A DNA stretch of 64,000 nt, taken from Marsupella aquatica. Its lineage: Eukaryota > Plantae > Marchantiophyta. Both the position numbers and the translations under genes were made by a program. The stretch is taken from NCBI GenBank assembly GCA_973895155.1, contig OZ316897.1, positions 9,137,832-9,201,831 on the forward strand, in the 5' to 3' direction. Shown one piece after another: positions 36,605 to 49,861 of this stretch. Below the pieces are notes generated by a model. The model did not search any database and had not been told where the DNA came from. It was given only the letters and a program-made list of their open reading frames with translations. Each line of letters begins with the position of its first letter. Positions within the stretch are counted from its first letter, which is position 1.

Positions 36605-39600
36605 TTTTCCATTAGTTACTTATGGATATTGCAGAATAAAATGTCTCAACTGGTCGTCATATGAATTTATCTCTGGTTGCAGTGTTGGTTTGGGTGTGGT
36701 TCATTATCTAACAGTTACTTAATTATGGGTATTGTGGAATAAAATGTCTAGACCGGTAGTCAAATGAATTTATCTCTGGTTGGGGTGTGGTTCATTTTCC
36801 AACATTTACTTATGGGTATCGCTGAATAAAATGTCTAGACCGGTCATCAAATGAATTTTGCCTTGTGCCTAAAATAATACTCCATTACGATGAAGGTCCG
36901 ACCTCTGTCCAACCATCTTCGATTGGATCATAAACTTGTGAAACCCATTGAGCGCATTCGTGCCTCAATTTCTACACTTCGAGAACAGACTCCACGATAC
37001 ACAAAAAACTAGTTTCCAAATGTAGCAAGCTGAAGATTAACTCGCCAAGATGCGTTAGGCGTCAACGAAGAAGACCTCCGATCCGAAAACAGCTCCATGG
37101 TTGTCTCAACCTCCGAGTCTGTAAATTTTCTCGTCTTGGCCTTACACCCAAATCTATTTCTTGATAGTTGCATGCTCGCACATTTTTGCCACTGCGTCTG
37201 CTGGATTCAGGAAACACAATGTCGCCGCTCAAATCTCCGCCCAAGACATATTTTTACCATTCAATGATATGCACTGACAGTTCCACGGGAATCCCTTCCA
37301 AAAATCCTGGGATTTGAGAAAGTTGGGAACTACATCCATCTCTGATGGAATACAGAGCACTCTTGTTAGAGACCTGTCTGTAAAATGTTCGTGAGTATGG
37401 ATTACAAGTGTCTCTGCTGAGGAATCGCGAACTCTCGTGTGATAGACAAGACGACTTTGAAATTATGCGTCGCTAGCCCCGACTCACTGCTGAGAGGATG
37501 TGAAAAGCTTTCCATGGCAACTTGGCAGTGATCCGGCTGAGAGGATGTGAAAAGCTTTTCCATAGCAACTTGGGAGTGATCCGGTCCAAAGTAGTCTCAT
37601 CAAAGATCCCTGGAAGTAGTTGCTCCCCTTGTTCCTGCGAGGGTAGTTTGTTCATTCTTCGCGTTCTTGTTGTTTTGCGTGTGGAGAGTCATCGCAGTCG
37701 TTTTTCAAAAGTGCGCTATCCCGTGGGTCTGCATACGCGCAATCAATAGCTGAGAGGTGCAGCAAACTCGGTTGTGAAAAGTCTTATTGAAAACTGTGCG
37801 CCCGGTGGAATGGAATCAATACAAAGATCCAGAATTGATTCAAACAGGAGCTGACACCAGAACATTTGATTCGATTTTTCTCAATTTCCTGCCTGAAACA
37901 GGACTGGAGAAAAGGGCGATGCCGGGGGTTGGGAGAGGTTTGCTGTTTCAGTCTTTCAACCCATCTGAATGGAAGTTGGGCATACTACTTGCGTCCCAAC
38001 CTCAAATCCCAAGAGCAATCACGTCAAACGCCCAATTCCCCCACAACTTCTCCCTGCTGTCCTCGCCACATCCGCAGCTGCCTGCGTCTCCCACTGAATC
38101 CCATCGAGCTGTGAAGGCCGATTTATACATGGCCAATGCCATGCAAGAGGGCTCTAAATTAAGCCTTGGCCAGATCGCAATCTGGGATGCGATTGGGACG
38201 ATAGGATGAAGAAGAGTATTGGGGTAAGAGGAATGGGAGTCGAGGGAATCCCGCGTTTGCTTGTGACACGAAATTTTTCTAACCACTTACGTGGATGGAC
38301 GTGGTTTAGGGAATGGGCAATGCTAAACAAGCCATGCCCTTCTCTCTGAAAGCTTGCTTTCTTAATTTCTACCAAAGTACTATATTTGCCTCTTTCTAAA
38401 TTTCGATCTCGAGTGCCTACACTGCTGGGTTTGCCTCTCCGGCTTCTCGCGAGCTCTAACTTTGTCTTGGCGTGTTGATGACCGGTGAGCACTTTGTGAT
38501 AAATTCGTCCATGATTATGTCACTTCGAGGAAGGTTTGTTTGAGCCTCAGCTTCGCGGGGTGATGTTAGCCGTGTTGAACTTGCAACCCTTTGCCCCTGT
38601 TTGGGGATCGGCACTTTCAACTTCATTTAGTCTCTTAATTTTCAAAAAGAATCGCATACCGAGATAGAGTAAATGCTAGCATCTCAAGAGTTTAGGGTCA
38701 CATATGGGTTGAAGTGTGGGCAATTCTAAATAGACCATGCCGTACTTCTCTCTGAAGCTCGCTGTCTTAATTTCTACTAAATTCGGAACGTCCAATTAAC
38801 TACTGCAAATTTCTCTTCGAAGTCATATATTTCTAAGTGCCCACTCTGCTGGATTTGCCTCAGCGGCTTGTAGTGGATGGATGGATGTACACATGTCCGT
38901 GGCAACCCTTTGCCCCTGATAAGGTAAGGTGAATCAGCAGAGTTGGGACTTCATTTACTCAGAGATGTAGTAGATGCTAGCATCTCAAGAGGGACACCCA
39001 CCCCTTACAAATCTCAGTTACTTTCAGAATAGAAACACGAAAAATTGCATACCGAGATGTAATAAATGCTATTGTCTCAAGAGTGACAGCCAACCTTTAA
39101 CAAAACATCATATCCTGAGAGTGACCGCGAGTCAGACGAGTAAAGGTGAAGATGCATTCACCAAGAAGGGATATTGAGTCCTGCAGTCAAAATGTTAGGG
39201 CTCCCGTTACACAATAGCAGGCAGCATAAAATCTTAGAGTGAATGAGAGAATGCCTACCTTAATAACTCGAAGGGAGAGGAAACAACTAATATGCAGCAT
39301 GGTGAATTGAAAGCGAACGAGAGAATGCCAGCTTAACATCATTCAATAAAATGTACAAATTCAGGATAATGCCTGACATCAAAGGAAAGCTCTACCTCGA
39401 ACACGGCACTGGTGATGTCGCCTAGCTTGAGGTGCTGATACTAATGCCTAAAATGAATACCGACTTGAGACGTGATAGTAATGCCTAAATGAGAATCGAA
39501 TTGAGATGGTGATAGTAATGCCTAAAAGAGAACCGACGAGAAATGACGTCCCAAATGAATCTCTCGAATCAGCAGGCTGCAACTTCAAGTTTTCTCCAAC

Positions 39601-39997
39601 CCTGATTAAGATCCCTAAAATAACCTAACGTGACCAGAACCTCAAATTGTGTCATCGGCCAAGTGCAGTATCCACCAGGCCAGAGGCGGCGGGGCTATGA
39701 AACCAGCTGGTAACACAAACTCCACAGCCAGAACAGTGCTCCAATGTGTATCAAATATCCAGAAAAGCTAGGGCGAGATGACACCGGTGCTACTTGGAAA
39801 ATAGCTAACTCTACCCGCGTTTCAAAGAATAGCTCGACACGCAATCGTTAGCAATTTCACATTCGGAAGTGACTCAAATGAATACCAATGTAGGTCTTAG
39901 GGAGACTGCTCGAAAGTAAATGTCACATCCCGGACACCCTTGCAAGCTGCTTCTGCTCCTTCCTGCCTGATCCACAAAGAAAAGGCATTCATGCGTC

Positions 39998-40807
39998 CTA
40001 CATGGTCTTCTTCGCAACATTGTCGAGTGAACTTTTTTCCACAGCAGCATCTGCAGGTTGGCCCCTCTTCTTATTACCATAGAACTTAATCAATCCCACC
40101 CATAATTTGTACACCCAGACTATGCTTCCGAAAATAGCGAAGGATATCTTGAACATCCAGCAATACGCCAACCACCTCGGCACCACCGCGTCAGCCATAC
40201 CTCGCAGATAAAACTTACCCAGCTCCCAAACCAAGTAGGGCCCCAGAATTCCTCTCACCAGAGTGAAATAGAAGGTGAAAAAGGGAGACAGAGAAGTGTA
40301 GACACGTTTGGCAAGGGGAGACTCCTGGCGAGCCATCCGGGCAATGGTCCAGATGTTCTGCACGGGGCTTGTGGCCTCCCCGGCAGCAATGAGACACATC
40401 ACAGAAGTAGCACCAAACCCTGTGTAGTAACGGCACGAGAACATGTACGTGAAGGTGGCAACATGATGCCCAATGAAGAGAAAATCATCAGGAGCAGCAT
40501 ACAAGTAGTTGAGCAGGTCGATCACAAAATAGGCCATGCTGTACTCCATGATCTGGTTTTGCCAAACGGTATTGGGCGCATCCAGAAGCCAAGGGCTGGT
40601 GAAAATGTCCTGCGCTGCCAGAATTGCGGAGACTGTGCCATGCACGAGGGAGATGCAGCAACTCGCCGCATCGAATCGAGGCCTCCCTTTCCATCGCTTG
40701 AACACCACGAAGTAGCCGAACGCATACACCACGGTGTACAAAGCCATTGAGTTCCACAACACCGGCGAACCGCTGTAGCCCATGCCGCTCCAACTCGCCT
40801 CACCCAT
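39998..40807 (-). CDS. TLC (TRAM/LAG1/CLN8) domain membrane protein, 269 aa, intronless CDS
   Basis: Multiple hydrophobic helices; ISLVHG, APNT..Q, YSMAYFVIDL, FIGHH, GEATSPVQNIW, FYFTLVRGILGP motifs of plant TLC proteins. Confidence 0.9.
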   Translation of the reverse strand: MGEASWSGMGYSGSPVLWNSMALYTVVYAFGYFVVFKRWKGRPRFDAASCCISLVHGTVSAILAAQDIFTSPWLLDAPNTVWQNQIMEYSMAYFVIDLLNYLYAAPDDFLFIGHHVATFTYMFSCRYYTGFGATSVMCLIAAGEATSPVQNIWTIARMARQESPLAKRVYTSLSPFFTFYFTLVRGILGPYLVWELGKFYLRGMADAVVPRWLAYCWMFKISFAIFGSIVWVYKLWVGLIKFYGNKKRGQPADAAVEKSSLDNVAKKTM

Positions 40808-43800
40808 GTTTGCCGACCGGGTCGCCGATCTCGCTCTCCCCGCTTTTGCCTACTTTGGCAAACAACCGAACTCCGGGCTCTGCATATCTCTCGCTAATCA
40901 AGACTTTCCCTCGGGCCTCGGCTCTCCCAGTTGTGAAGATCTCAACAACCTCTCCTCTTCTCTGCCGCCCTCGCAAGCAGATTCTCAAGGAGAGGAAAAC
41001 TGCTCCTCACGGACATTCCGTGCTACAGCGAAACTGTCACCTTCCCTCGCCGTCTCTTGACGCCTGTCTGGCAGTTTGCCATCATAATAATACCGCCGTA
41101 GGTTTCAACACCGTACCCCTGCTGCACTGCAGGCGGCATGAGAGGTCAGAAGAGCACAGAGATAAGTAGTTCGCTGGAATGGTCAGAAAGGATCGGAGGT
41201 TGGAGGCAGCGTCGGCAACATAATCATTTCAAACAGCAACTTCGTAGAAAAAAGTGCATAATCATTACAGCCATTCATACTCCTCCTTTTGCGGAGCTCT
41301 CAAAGTTGTCTGTTCGTATCGACTCACAGGTGGGATCGATTGAGAATATGACTGCGTACAGAACAAACATTCAAATGATAATCTTACAGAAGCTCTTTGC
41401 AAAATCGTTGAAAGGTAGACTGACCTTTCTAGAACAGACCTCTGCAGATTCACAGCCGGCTCACTGATTCCGTGAGACAAGGTAAAATGTTTCTCCAATG
41501 GGGATCTTTATCTCAACAGACGGCTCCTGAAGAGAAGTTTTCACCACATATATGCAAATCTTCGATGCTTTCAGTACTGTACTGACAAACAGTAAAGCTT
41601 TGTGCAGTTTATGGCTTTTTGTAGGAAACAAAAGAGAATCTCCACCCTGTCTTTGCGAATGGAGTTCAAAAAGATCTTTCAAAGCCAAAAACAGAGACAC
41701 TCCACAAAGGCCCTGTCCAATCCGACACGGTATCCAAGCTCCCTATATTTGGGTTCCCGGCATGGGTTTTGTAGGGCGACAGATCCACACGGTAAATGCT
41801 TGCAATGTGGGGCCAAAGGAATGGCACGGTATCTGCCATGGGATATTTTCAAGGGGAGACGTGCTGGAAATAGAGTCGCCAACGTGTTACTTTGTGCAAT
41901 CTCCTTTCCTCCATATCTCTGTTATCAGGTGCTATGCTCCCGCAAAAGCCTCATGGAATCAAAACCAGCAAAAGCAATTCCAACGAAGCCCTGACATCAA
42001 TCGTAGGAATCTGGGTTTCATTAGATAGGAGAGGTATGCGTGTCTTCGAACAACTCCAAAAGTAGTTCCAGTCTGGTCTGCTGACGTTTATCTCCGGGTG
42101 TGGAACTGGGTACACGCATTCTCCACATTTTCTCCCACAGGAAGCTCGAGAGAAGTTTATCCCAAGGTTTGGAATTAGAGATATGTGACTGTGCTTCGTA
42201 TCCCGCCCCCCCCCCCCCCCCTCACCCGCCCCCCCCCCCTACAGGAACCTTGAAGTGAATTTTTCTATTTGCTGAAATTTATCTTCCCGGTTAGTGCTGC
42301 TGGAAGATTGAGGTGGGAGATTTGTGCTTCAGACTCATCCCTGCAGAGTCATTTTAGGATTTAGTGCTGAGGTTTAATTCCCCGTTGAATTCGGGATATG
42401 TATGCTTCACATTTACTCCTACTGAAAGCTGGAGGTAGTGTTTTGTGTGCTTGGAATTCAAAATTGAAAGCCTTTCGAGGCCAATCTCTTCATGACGGTA
42501 TGCATTCCGTGCAGAATGCACAAGCTGCTCCTTGCCTGCCCATGATTTGTTCATGATGATCGATGATTAACTTTAGCCGTATCCCAACCAGTCCTAATCA
42601 CAGGATGGCAATGGTACAAAGAGTGAGTAGGAGCTGTGACTCGATTTCAGCCCTGTCATGGATTTGGTACAAGAACATGAACCGCTGGAAAACTTAACTC
42701 GGAAGAATATATGTGTGGAGAACCAACATTCAAATGATCTCAAAGGCTCTTGCAAAATCTTCGAAGGTAGACAAACCTGATAATTCGTTGTCATGTAAAT
42801 CTGATTCTTCCAGTGGCAATGAAAGGTTTGATATTAAAATTTCACCTGCAGTATGTGAACGAATAAATCCATATTAAGCTCTAGACATCAAACCCAATTT
42901 AGTCATGCAGCATAGGCACACTCACTCTTATTGGTCATCAGAATGGCAGAGCAGGTAATGGCCACTGGCAGAATGACGTGAAGGTGTCCTGCAGGATAAA
43001 GTAGCACGTGGATCTAAGTCTAGGGTGTTGGATCCCTCGATCTTAATGGACTGGACTGCTTGAATTCTGCCACGATGGTTGTGTGGATGTTTGGATTTGC
43101 TTAGATTATACTCTCCCGGTGCCCATGAAGTATCTGCATACCCTTTCTTTGTTACATCTCCCTGTGAAGTTGCTGGCGAACTGTCCCTATGTTTTGTTTC
43201 GCACATGTAACTCGCCTCAATTGTAGATATCTTACGGTCAACATTTTGTGCATCGATTACTTCCCCTTAATTTGAGTATTCCACTCTTCTGCAATCCGAC
43301 CAAGACTTGCTGGTCCGTCTCTAACGCTGGCAATTCTCCAAGTTCACATATTTGAGAGGTGATATGGTCGCGAACGGTAAGAAATGTTCCAGCCTCGTCT
43401 CCGTCAGATTCCGGCCAACATTGCCATACCTTATTTGGGGTCGAGAAAAAACTCGTCATGTTGAGAAATTGAGATCGTCTGCGTCTCATGATTCACTTCG
43501 AACGCATTTTTAGAAATTCAAAGAAAAGCAAGATCGTTTCCTAGTTCCACTTGAGTGTCTCTTCACAGTTTGATCAAAGTGGAGAGTCGTTCGCTTTACC
43601 TTCGCGAAGCCAGGATGCAAGTAATATTGCAAGCAATCAGCAATCTCGATGACTCTGATTTGAATGCTCTTCTCCGAAGAACGACTGGCTCCATGAATTC
43701 CCTGCAGGCATCTTGAACTTGACTTCGTGGATGGGATGTTACAATCGGTAGAGTTGCTTGCTTTCTTTGGAACTCGTACTACAAATTCCTTTCCGAAACT

Positions 43801-44628
43801 TGAACACGGGTCATTAAACTCCGTCACCTTCTCCTGACCTTCAGCAGCAAACTCCTGGCATACTAGCGCATGACGTTCGCATTCAATTCCCGCAGAACAA
43901 AGCCACGGAAGCAAAAGATACAATGGCTAATAGAAACGATCACAAGACCTGTCCGCTGTAGAGAACAGACCCATCGGCCATGTCCGTCACTTCCACCTCC
44001 GTAACAAAGGAACAGACAAATCACTCCGTAACGAATCAATAATGAAACCAAGGAATTTTACACATAAAGGAGACGAGAGAGAGACGCAGAGTTCATGAAG
44101 GACTGTAGTGTGAAAGAACAACAGATTTCGTTTATACGCTACGTGTCGTCAATTGCGTCGCTTCTCTCTCTGATTCCCCGTAAACGGCAGCGACTTTGTC
44201 ACTTTTTAACACGGGAGATTCGGACCAGGCTTATCCTCTCGAACTGCTAGGGATCGCTGGCCATACAATTACCATGCTATCAACCAGCTTTGGTGCTTTG
44301 GTCACGCGAACACTGAACGAAAGTCTGTCTCTGACCACCCTACCACCGCTACCCTACCCTGAGATACCAACGCTATGCAGTGAGGTCCCACTTCGTGATG
44401 TCAACGATTACACCACTCTACTGAAGTGGCGTAGAAGTGACAAAAATCGCAACAAAAGCCGTCTCTGTCGGGAAGGAAGGCGTAATGAGGAGCTGGAAGC
44501 AAATACTTAACGATCAGCCATTACGGAGACCGCTGGCGGATACCATTCCTCATATGCAGCGAGGGAGAAGGAAATAAGATAGGACAAGGGCATGATTAAC
44601 AGCTTGAAGATGAGGTCGACGAGGCGTA

Positions 44629-47600
44629 ATGAGCTGCTGGAAGCAAATACTGAATGATCACCTACTACGGAAACGACTGGCGGATACCATTCGTCCTGAT
44701 GTACCTGAATACAGCGAGGGAGAAGAAAAAAAACAGGACAAGAGCTTGATCAACGGCTTGAAGATGGCCCAGGACAGCAGTCATCAGCAACTCTTGAGGC
44801 GGAAGGGTCCCAAACTCCCTCTCGTGGATCACAAGTAAGCAATGTCCCCTCAGCTTTTTCATCAAGTTTCGGTTCCATTCAGAAAGACTAATCCAGGATA
44901 AAAAATGGTTCGTAGGAATTAGCGCAATTCGGAGCACAGTCCTGAGAGACATTCCCCATACCTTGTTTGCATTCGCGTCCTCTTTTGTATCACCTATTGA
45001 CCCGCATTTAGGCTGGACTTCATGCCGTGTCAACAGATTTCGTCCAGATGAGTGATATCTTGTTGATTCATGACAATGATATGTATCCAATTACAATCGA
45101 TGCCAATACTGACGCCACGCATAATTCTGTACATGCTTTAGGATTTACAATTTCTGCGCCTTTGTCGTGCACTAGAATCTCCACCACACCTCTGTGGATT
45201 AGACGAACGTCCATTACAAATCTATGTGTTTATTGCCAATCTCATAAGAGCCTAAGGTTTGCCTAATGATGATGTCCGACCGGCATCTTTTAATCTTCAG
45301 ATTATATTTCATTCAAAAGTCAGTTTTTATAATTCTCCTCATAAGAAAGTTTGGAGGAAGGGACAGGTATTTGTAAGGGATTGAATCCAATCGATTAGTT
45401 TTTCCGAATGCCGAGGAAACCACAGAAGTAGGGCAAGAGGCAGAGAGTACAGTGTATTGCTTGTAGAGAAACGAAAGAGAATCTGCTCATGGACCGTACC
45501 AACTAACAGTAGTGAATAGTACACAGTGAACGTAGTAAAGCAGACCTATTCCTCATACGCTGGGAAGGTCACTACAGATATGGGCAGCTTTGTGATGAGG
45601 CTGTGGAGTTGGTGTAGACTTATAAAGTACTTGCTGCACGTGAAAGAAGTGATGGTCATTTTTTACACTGCCAAGGCTGAAGTGGTTGCCCTACCCATTT
45701 CACTAGGCATTGCGGGAGTTCATGAATCCCATGTTCTGAAGGAAGAGGTCGTATGTGCACTGGGTTGTGTTGACCACTGTCATTGATGTTGTCAGAGGCG
45801 GCCTCAATGTGGAGACACGAGGTGCACCAAAACATTCACTGTATTGGGGAGACCTTTTTCACACTCTTGTCAATGTAAGTACGAGCATATTGGTTGACAT
45901 GGACCTTCTCCTGTGGAGATAGAAGCTCTAATTTTACTGCATACCTTCGAATTGTTGTTCCCAGTGTCCAGAGCTCTGCTAAAACATTTTGTTGTGAACT
46001 GGTATTCAGCGATCATTTCCTGTGCAAATAAATTTCAGCTTGAGGAGAAGTGGCGTGTCTGACATTATGCATGTACAGATGCCAAGCCCCAGATTTATGC
46101 TGGTTCTCTTTCTTACATACACCATTCTATTTGGAGGATTTGCTTTCCCATATTACTATGATGTAAGGTTTCACCCTCCTTGTCATTTTTACTATGCTCG
46201 ATCGGGGAGTATTTCAGAGTTTTTGGTTGAGCGATTTAGGATTTAAAGTTGAGAGATGGGGAAGCTTTACACAATCTTGAAATAGTAAGTCTCGCCCTAT
46301 TTTCCAGGCTTACAAGAGCCTTTGTATACCGGGTGTACTCGCCTACAGCCATGCCCTTTGGTTCAGGTAAGGGTCTGTTCTGCTATTCTACTAAAACTAA
46401 GATCTTATTCATAAGTTCTGAAAAGGTTGGCCGTGTGACAAGCAACTCTCTTGAATTTTAAGCGAGCAGTTTTGTTCTCACTTGGATGTGTTTCAAAACA
46501 TAGCTAGGATGTCTGACCTGTTGTTGGTTAATGGTGTGACCGGTGGAGTCTGGTGCTTATGTGGCTGGTCCTTACAGTGTACAGACATCTATGACTATTG
46601 GTGGGTTCCAGTAAATTCAAACTCACCCTGAGTTCCGCTTGTATGTACTGTACCACAAAACTTATTGGTAATGAATTCATTTCTGACCAACATAAAGCCA
46701 TGCGTTTTGACAGGATATGGTGGTGAGTTGACTCCCGATCCCAACTGTATGATGACAAATGTAATGGTCGTCGTCCAATCACTTGTCAGCCTGTTAGTTG
46801 CCTATTCTCTGTTGGGTGTCTTCTATATCAGGTTTGCCTGTCATATGACCTCCTGAACTGATTTTCAGTGTGCCAAGTTTCGACTTTAATTTAGACATTG
46901 ATTTCATCTTCTGGAGATTGACCAATGCTTGTGCTACATATAGTGTGACCCCCGCAAATTCAATAAAACAAGAAAAACCTCTCATACGCTAAGGTTTTAG
47001 CAGGCAAATATCCATACAACTTTTTATATTGTTGTCCTGTCTGGAGTAGGTTTGCACGTCCAGCTCGCAGAGCACAAACTTTGATCTTCAGCAAACGAAT
47101 GGTCATGAATGAGGTATATTACGCATCTGCAAGTCCAGCATGGGTTTGTGTTCTTCTAGTGTATCTGTAGACCTGAATAATTCTGTGTGAATGGAAAGGA
47201 AGGTGTCCAAATGGAAGTATTGAGCTAAGTTGTTACTTGTCATATTCACTTTTATTGCCTTCGATTGTGTCAAACGTTTGTGGCTGCAGGAAGATGGAGT
47301 GCGTGTTCTGGCTTTTCGGATGGCAAATATTCGGAAGCATCAAATCATTGAGGTAGTCGGACCCCGATGAATCTATTGCTCGTGATAGTTTTATAGGAAA
47401 GTTTACGCTAGGAATTGCTGGAGGATGAGTTTGTGTTGAGCACCGTACCTTTTTTGTTCATAGTCCAAATATTTGTGGAGGGAGAAATTTTAGCAGGTTA
47501 CTTGACAGAGAGATGCTCAGTAATAACAGACGTCATGCCTATCGAAAGGTTTAGGAAACTGAGGGCTTTTCTATTGTGTGTGGATCGTCAATTTTGAAGG

Positions 47601-49861
47601 GGATGTCCAGTAATTAAAATCTTTGAGAACGTGTGGAATGTAAACAGGCCAATGTTCGTCTTCTTATTGGAATGAACAATCATCTCACTGATGAGAATGA
47701 AAGTGTTTTCCATTTTACCCCCCTTCCGGTTTGTATTCTTATAGTGTCTTTCACCTATTTTTGTGTATCATGCTGGCCTACAAGCAAACTTTGTTGATTA
47801 CAACTCATTTCTTAACGGCAAATATTGGCCAGGAGACGGCACTAAATATATCTAATTTATAGAAAGCAGTGATTTTGTGTGAAGAGGCCATAGTTTATCA
47901 GCCGTACACAAATGTGTTCAGATTGCAAGTCTTTGTGCATGTGTGCTCAATACTAACTAGCAGATCTGCTGGCAGATTGTGGGTGGCAGTGAGGTCTTCC
48001 TAGGGTTACCTTACACTGTTAAGCATCCAATAACATCTACGAGTCCTCTTTATGGCTTGACCGTGCAGGTGGGTGGAAGCTAAGTAGGGTGTTAATGCTG
48101 ATTAGTTTACCAAAGACCGACAACTCGAAGGCTTGGAATAATCTGTGTCAGTGGACCAATTGCATAGGTTTTAAGGAGCAGTTTGGTAATTAAACTACTC
48201 GTGAAAATTGCTTTGCCTCTCCTCCTTGATATATCTTTGTTGTAGTCCTCCTTGTCTGAGGCTTCGATTGGGAAACAAAGTAACCTTGATTTAACGTCCA
48301 GGGCATGGAAGCGGCTGATGCAGAGATTTTGGCGCTGCTGGAGGGTGTGGATGCCTCCACTTCGAGCAAGTTGCAAGGTTGAGTTTGTTTCTGCCCGACA
48401 TATCTGCACCACGTTGCCGCACACTTGCTTTCAGTTAAATTATTTGGCATGACAAGTACTGATCTCCTGCTGATTCTTCTGTGATATCCAGCAAGACGGT
48501 CTTATCTTCCGTCAGATATAGTCAGCGATCATCGTTTTGAGTATGTCTATCTCCAGCTTTTCATATTTTGAGTGCTGTGTCATGGTATTGGAAACTTACT
48601 TGACAATGGTAACAATGGCATCAAGTGTACGAAGATGTGATCATTCGGAATTTGCCAGAATGCCGGAAGATGTTTCTCCCACAGTTGAAAGCGTCCAGTT
48701 TCTGTTTCAAGTTATAGTTGACCTTTGACAGCTGCGACTTGTATGTGGCATCATTCGTTAAAGTGGCCTATCCTTGAAACAACTTGCAGAACAGCAGTTG
48801 CCCGGACGAGCTCTGGTCGACGATCTGTGGTGAGCTGCTGAAATGCCTGTAAATAACTCATACTGCACTGTGAAAGGGAGCTTTTAGGACGGAAAATGTC
48901 ATGACCTCGAACTCGAGAGTATTGAAATATACAGGGACCGACTTTTGTGAGAGCAAAGTCTGGCCCTATATTTGGGAGGTCAATAGTGTGGATTTTCCAC
49001 AATGGTGGTAGTCATTGTCATCATAACTTCGTCAATGGTAATTACACCAACGTTTTCCTTGTGTCATACAGGATTTCACAAAGTTTGATTCAGTTGTACC
49101 AGTCACGGTCAATGTGTTCACAAGACCCGGGGCAAGTGTCCCACCTTCTCCTGCTAGTTCTGCCCTACAGTCACCTCGACTGGGAGGCGTGAATATACCT
49201 TTTCTATCAAATTTCGTTGTGGACCCATCCCTGCGATCCCAAAATTCGGACTTCATGGAGAGAGAGAATGCTTCATCAGTTCAGAGCCTTCCTTCAAGCT
49301 CTGTTAGTCCTGCCGACAGTGAAGAACGGGATAAGCTGAGTGGACTAAACATCGACATTCTAACGACAAGCTTCATTTATCCACAGCGACAGCCATTAGT
49401 GAGGAGTATGCCAGATCTTTCGTACACACAAGTTCTCGTCGATGACCACGAAAAACAGAATTCCCCAAGTGAAGACCTGAAAGACAGGGTGTGTGGTGAA
49501 TAACGAAACCTCATTGTGATCCGTTGTTGTGTTGCTCTGGATGGGTATGATTTATTCCCAACGAAACTACTGAGGGTTCTGCTTTTCTGAATGCCTTAAC
49601 AGCAAGGGTCAGTGATCGAGCATCATGTGGCAGGGGCAAGATTTGTGACCTGTGACACAATAGAATTTTAATTTCGTATTGTTTTTTATGCAGGTTTTAA
49701 TTGCAGAAGCAAGGGCTCAGGCATGGAAACAAATGGTCATTGAGTTGGCATCGGGCATTCAACAGACATTACAACAGCCATCATCAGCTGCAAATGCTGA
49801 TTCTGGAAATCTTGTTGCAAGTGCTCGTCAAGCCCTCTCTGTAGCTTTGGCAACCACTTGA
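44629..49861 (+). CDS. Inward-rectifier (Kir/IRK family) potassium channel, ~539 aa; join(44629..44834,45796..45874,46079..46162,46308..46366,46578..46600,46714..46831,47050..47113,47290..47352,47648..47728,47976..48068,48302..48377,48492..48540,48790..48829,49072..49488,49694..49861); alternative start 44764
   Basis: Fourteen GT-AG introns join into a stop-free 1620-nt frame. Kir motifs in order: LVDHKGGLNV, YWGDLFHTLVN (slide helix), TM1, CIPGV..ALWFSVQTSMTIGYG..PNC, TM2, RFARPARRAQTLIFS, DGVRVLAFRMANIRKHQIIEANVR, FLGLP..HPITSTSPLY, EILALLEGVD..LQARRSY..HRF, VDFTKFD. Confidence 0.9.

Noticed and set aside
42202-42240. Poly-C tract (potential G-quadruplex on the minus strand)
   Set aside because: Simple homopolymer with no supporting context.
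44219-44240. ttcggaccaggctt matches the 5' part of miR166
   Set aside because: The 3' part diverges and no complementary star arm is nearby; a 14-nt match is compatible with chance.
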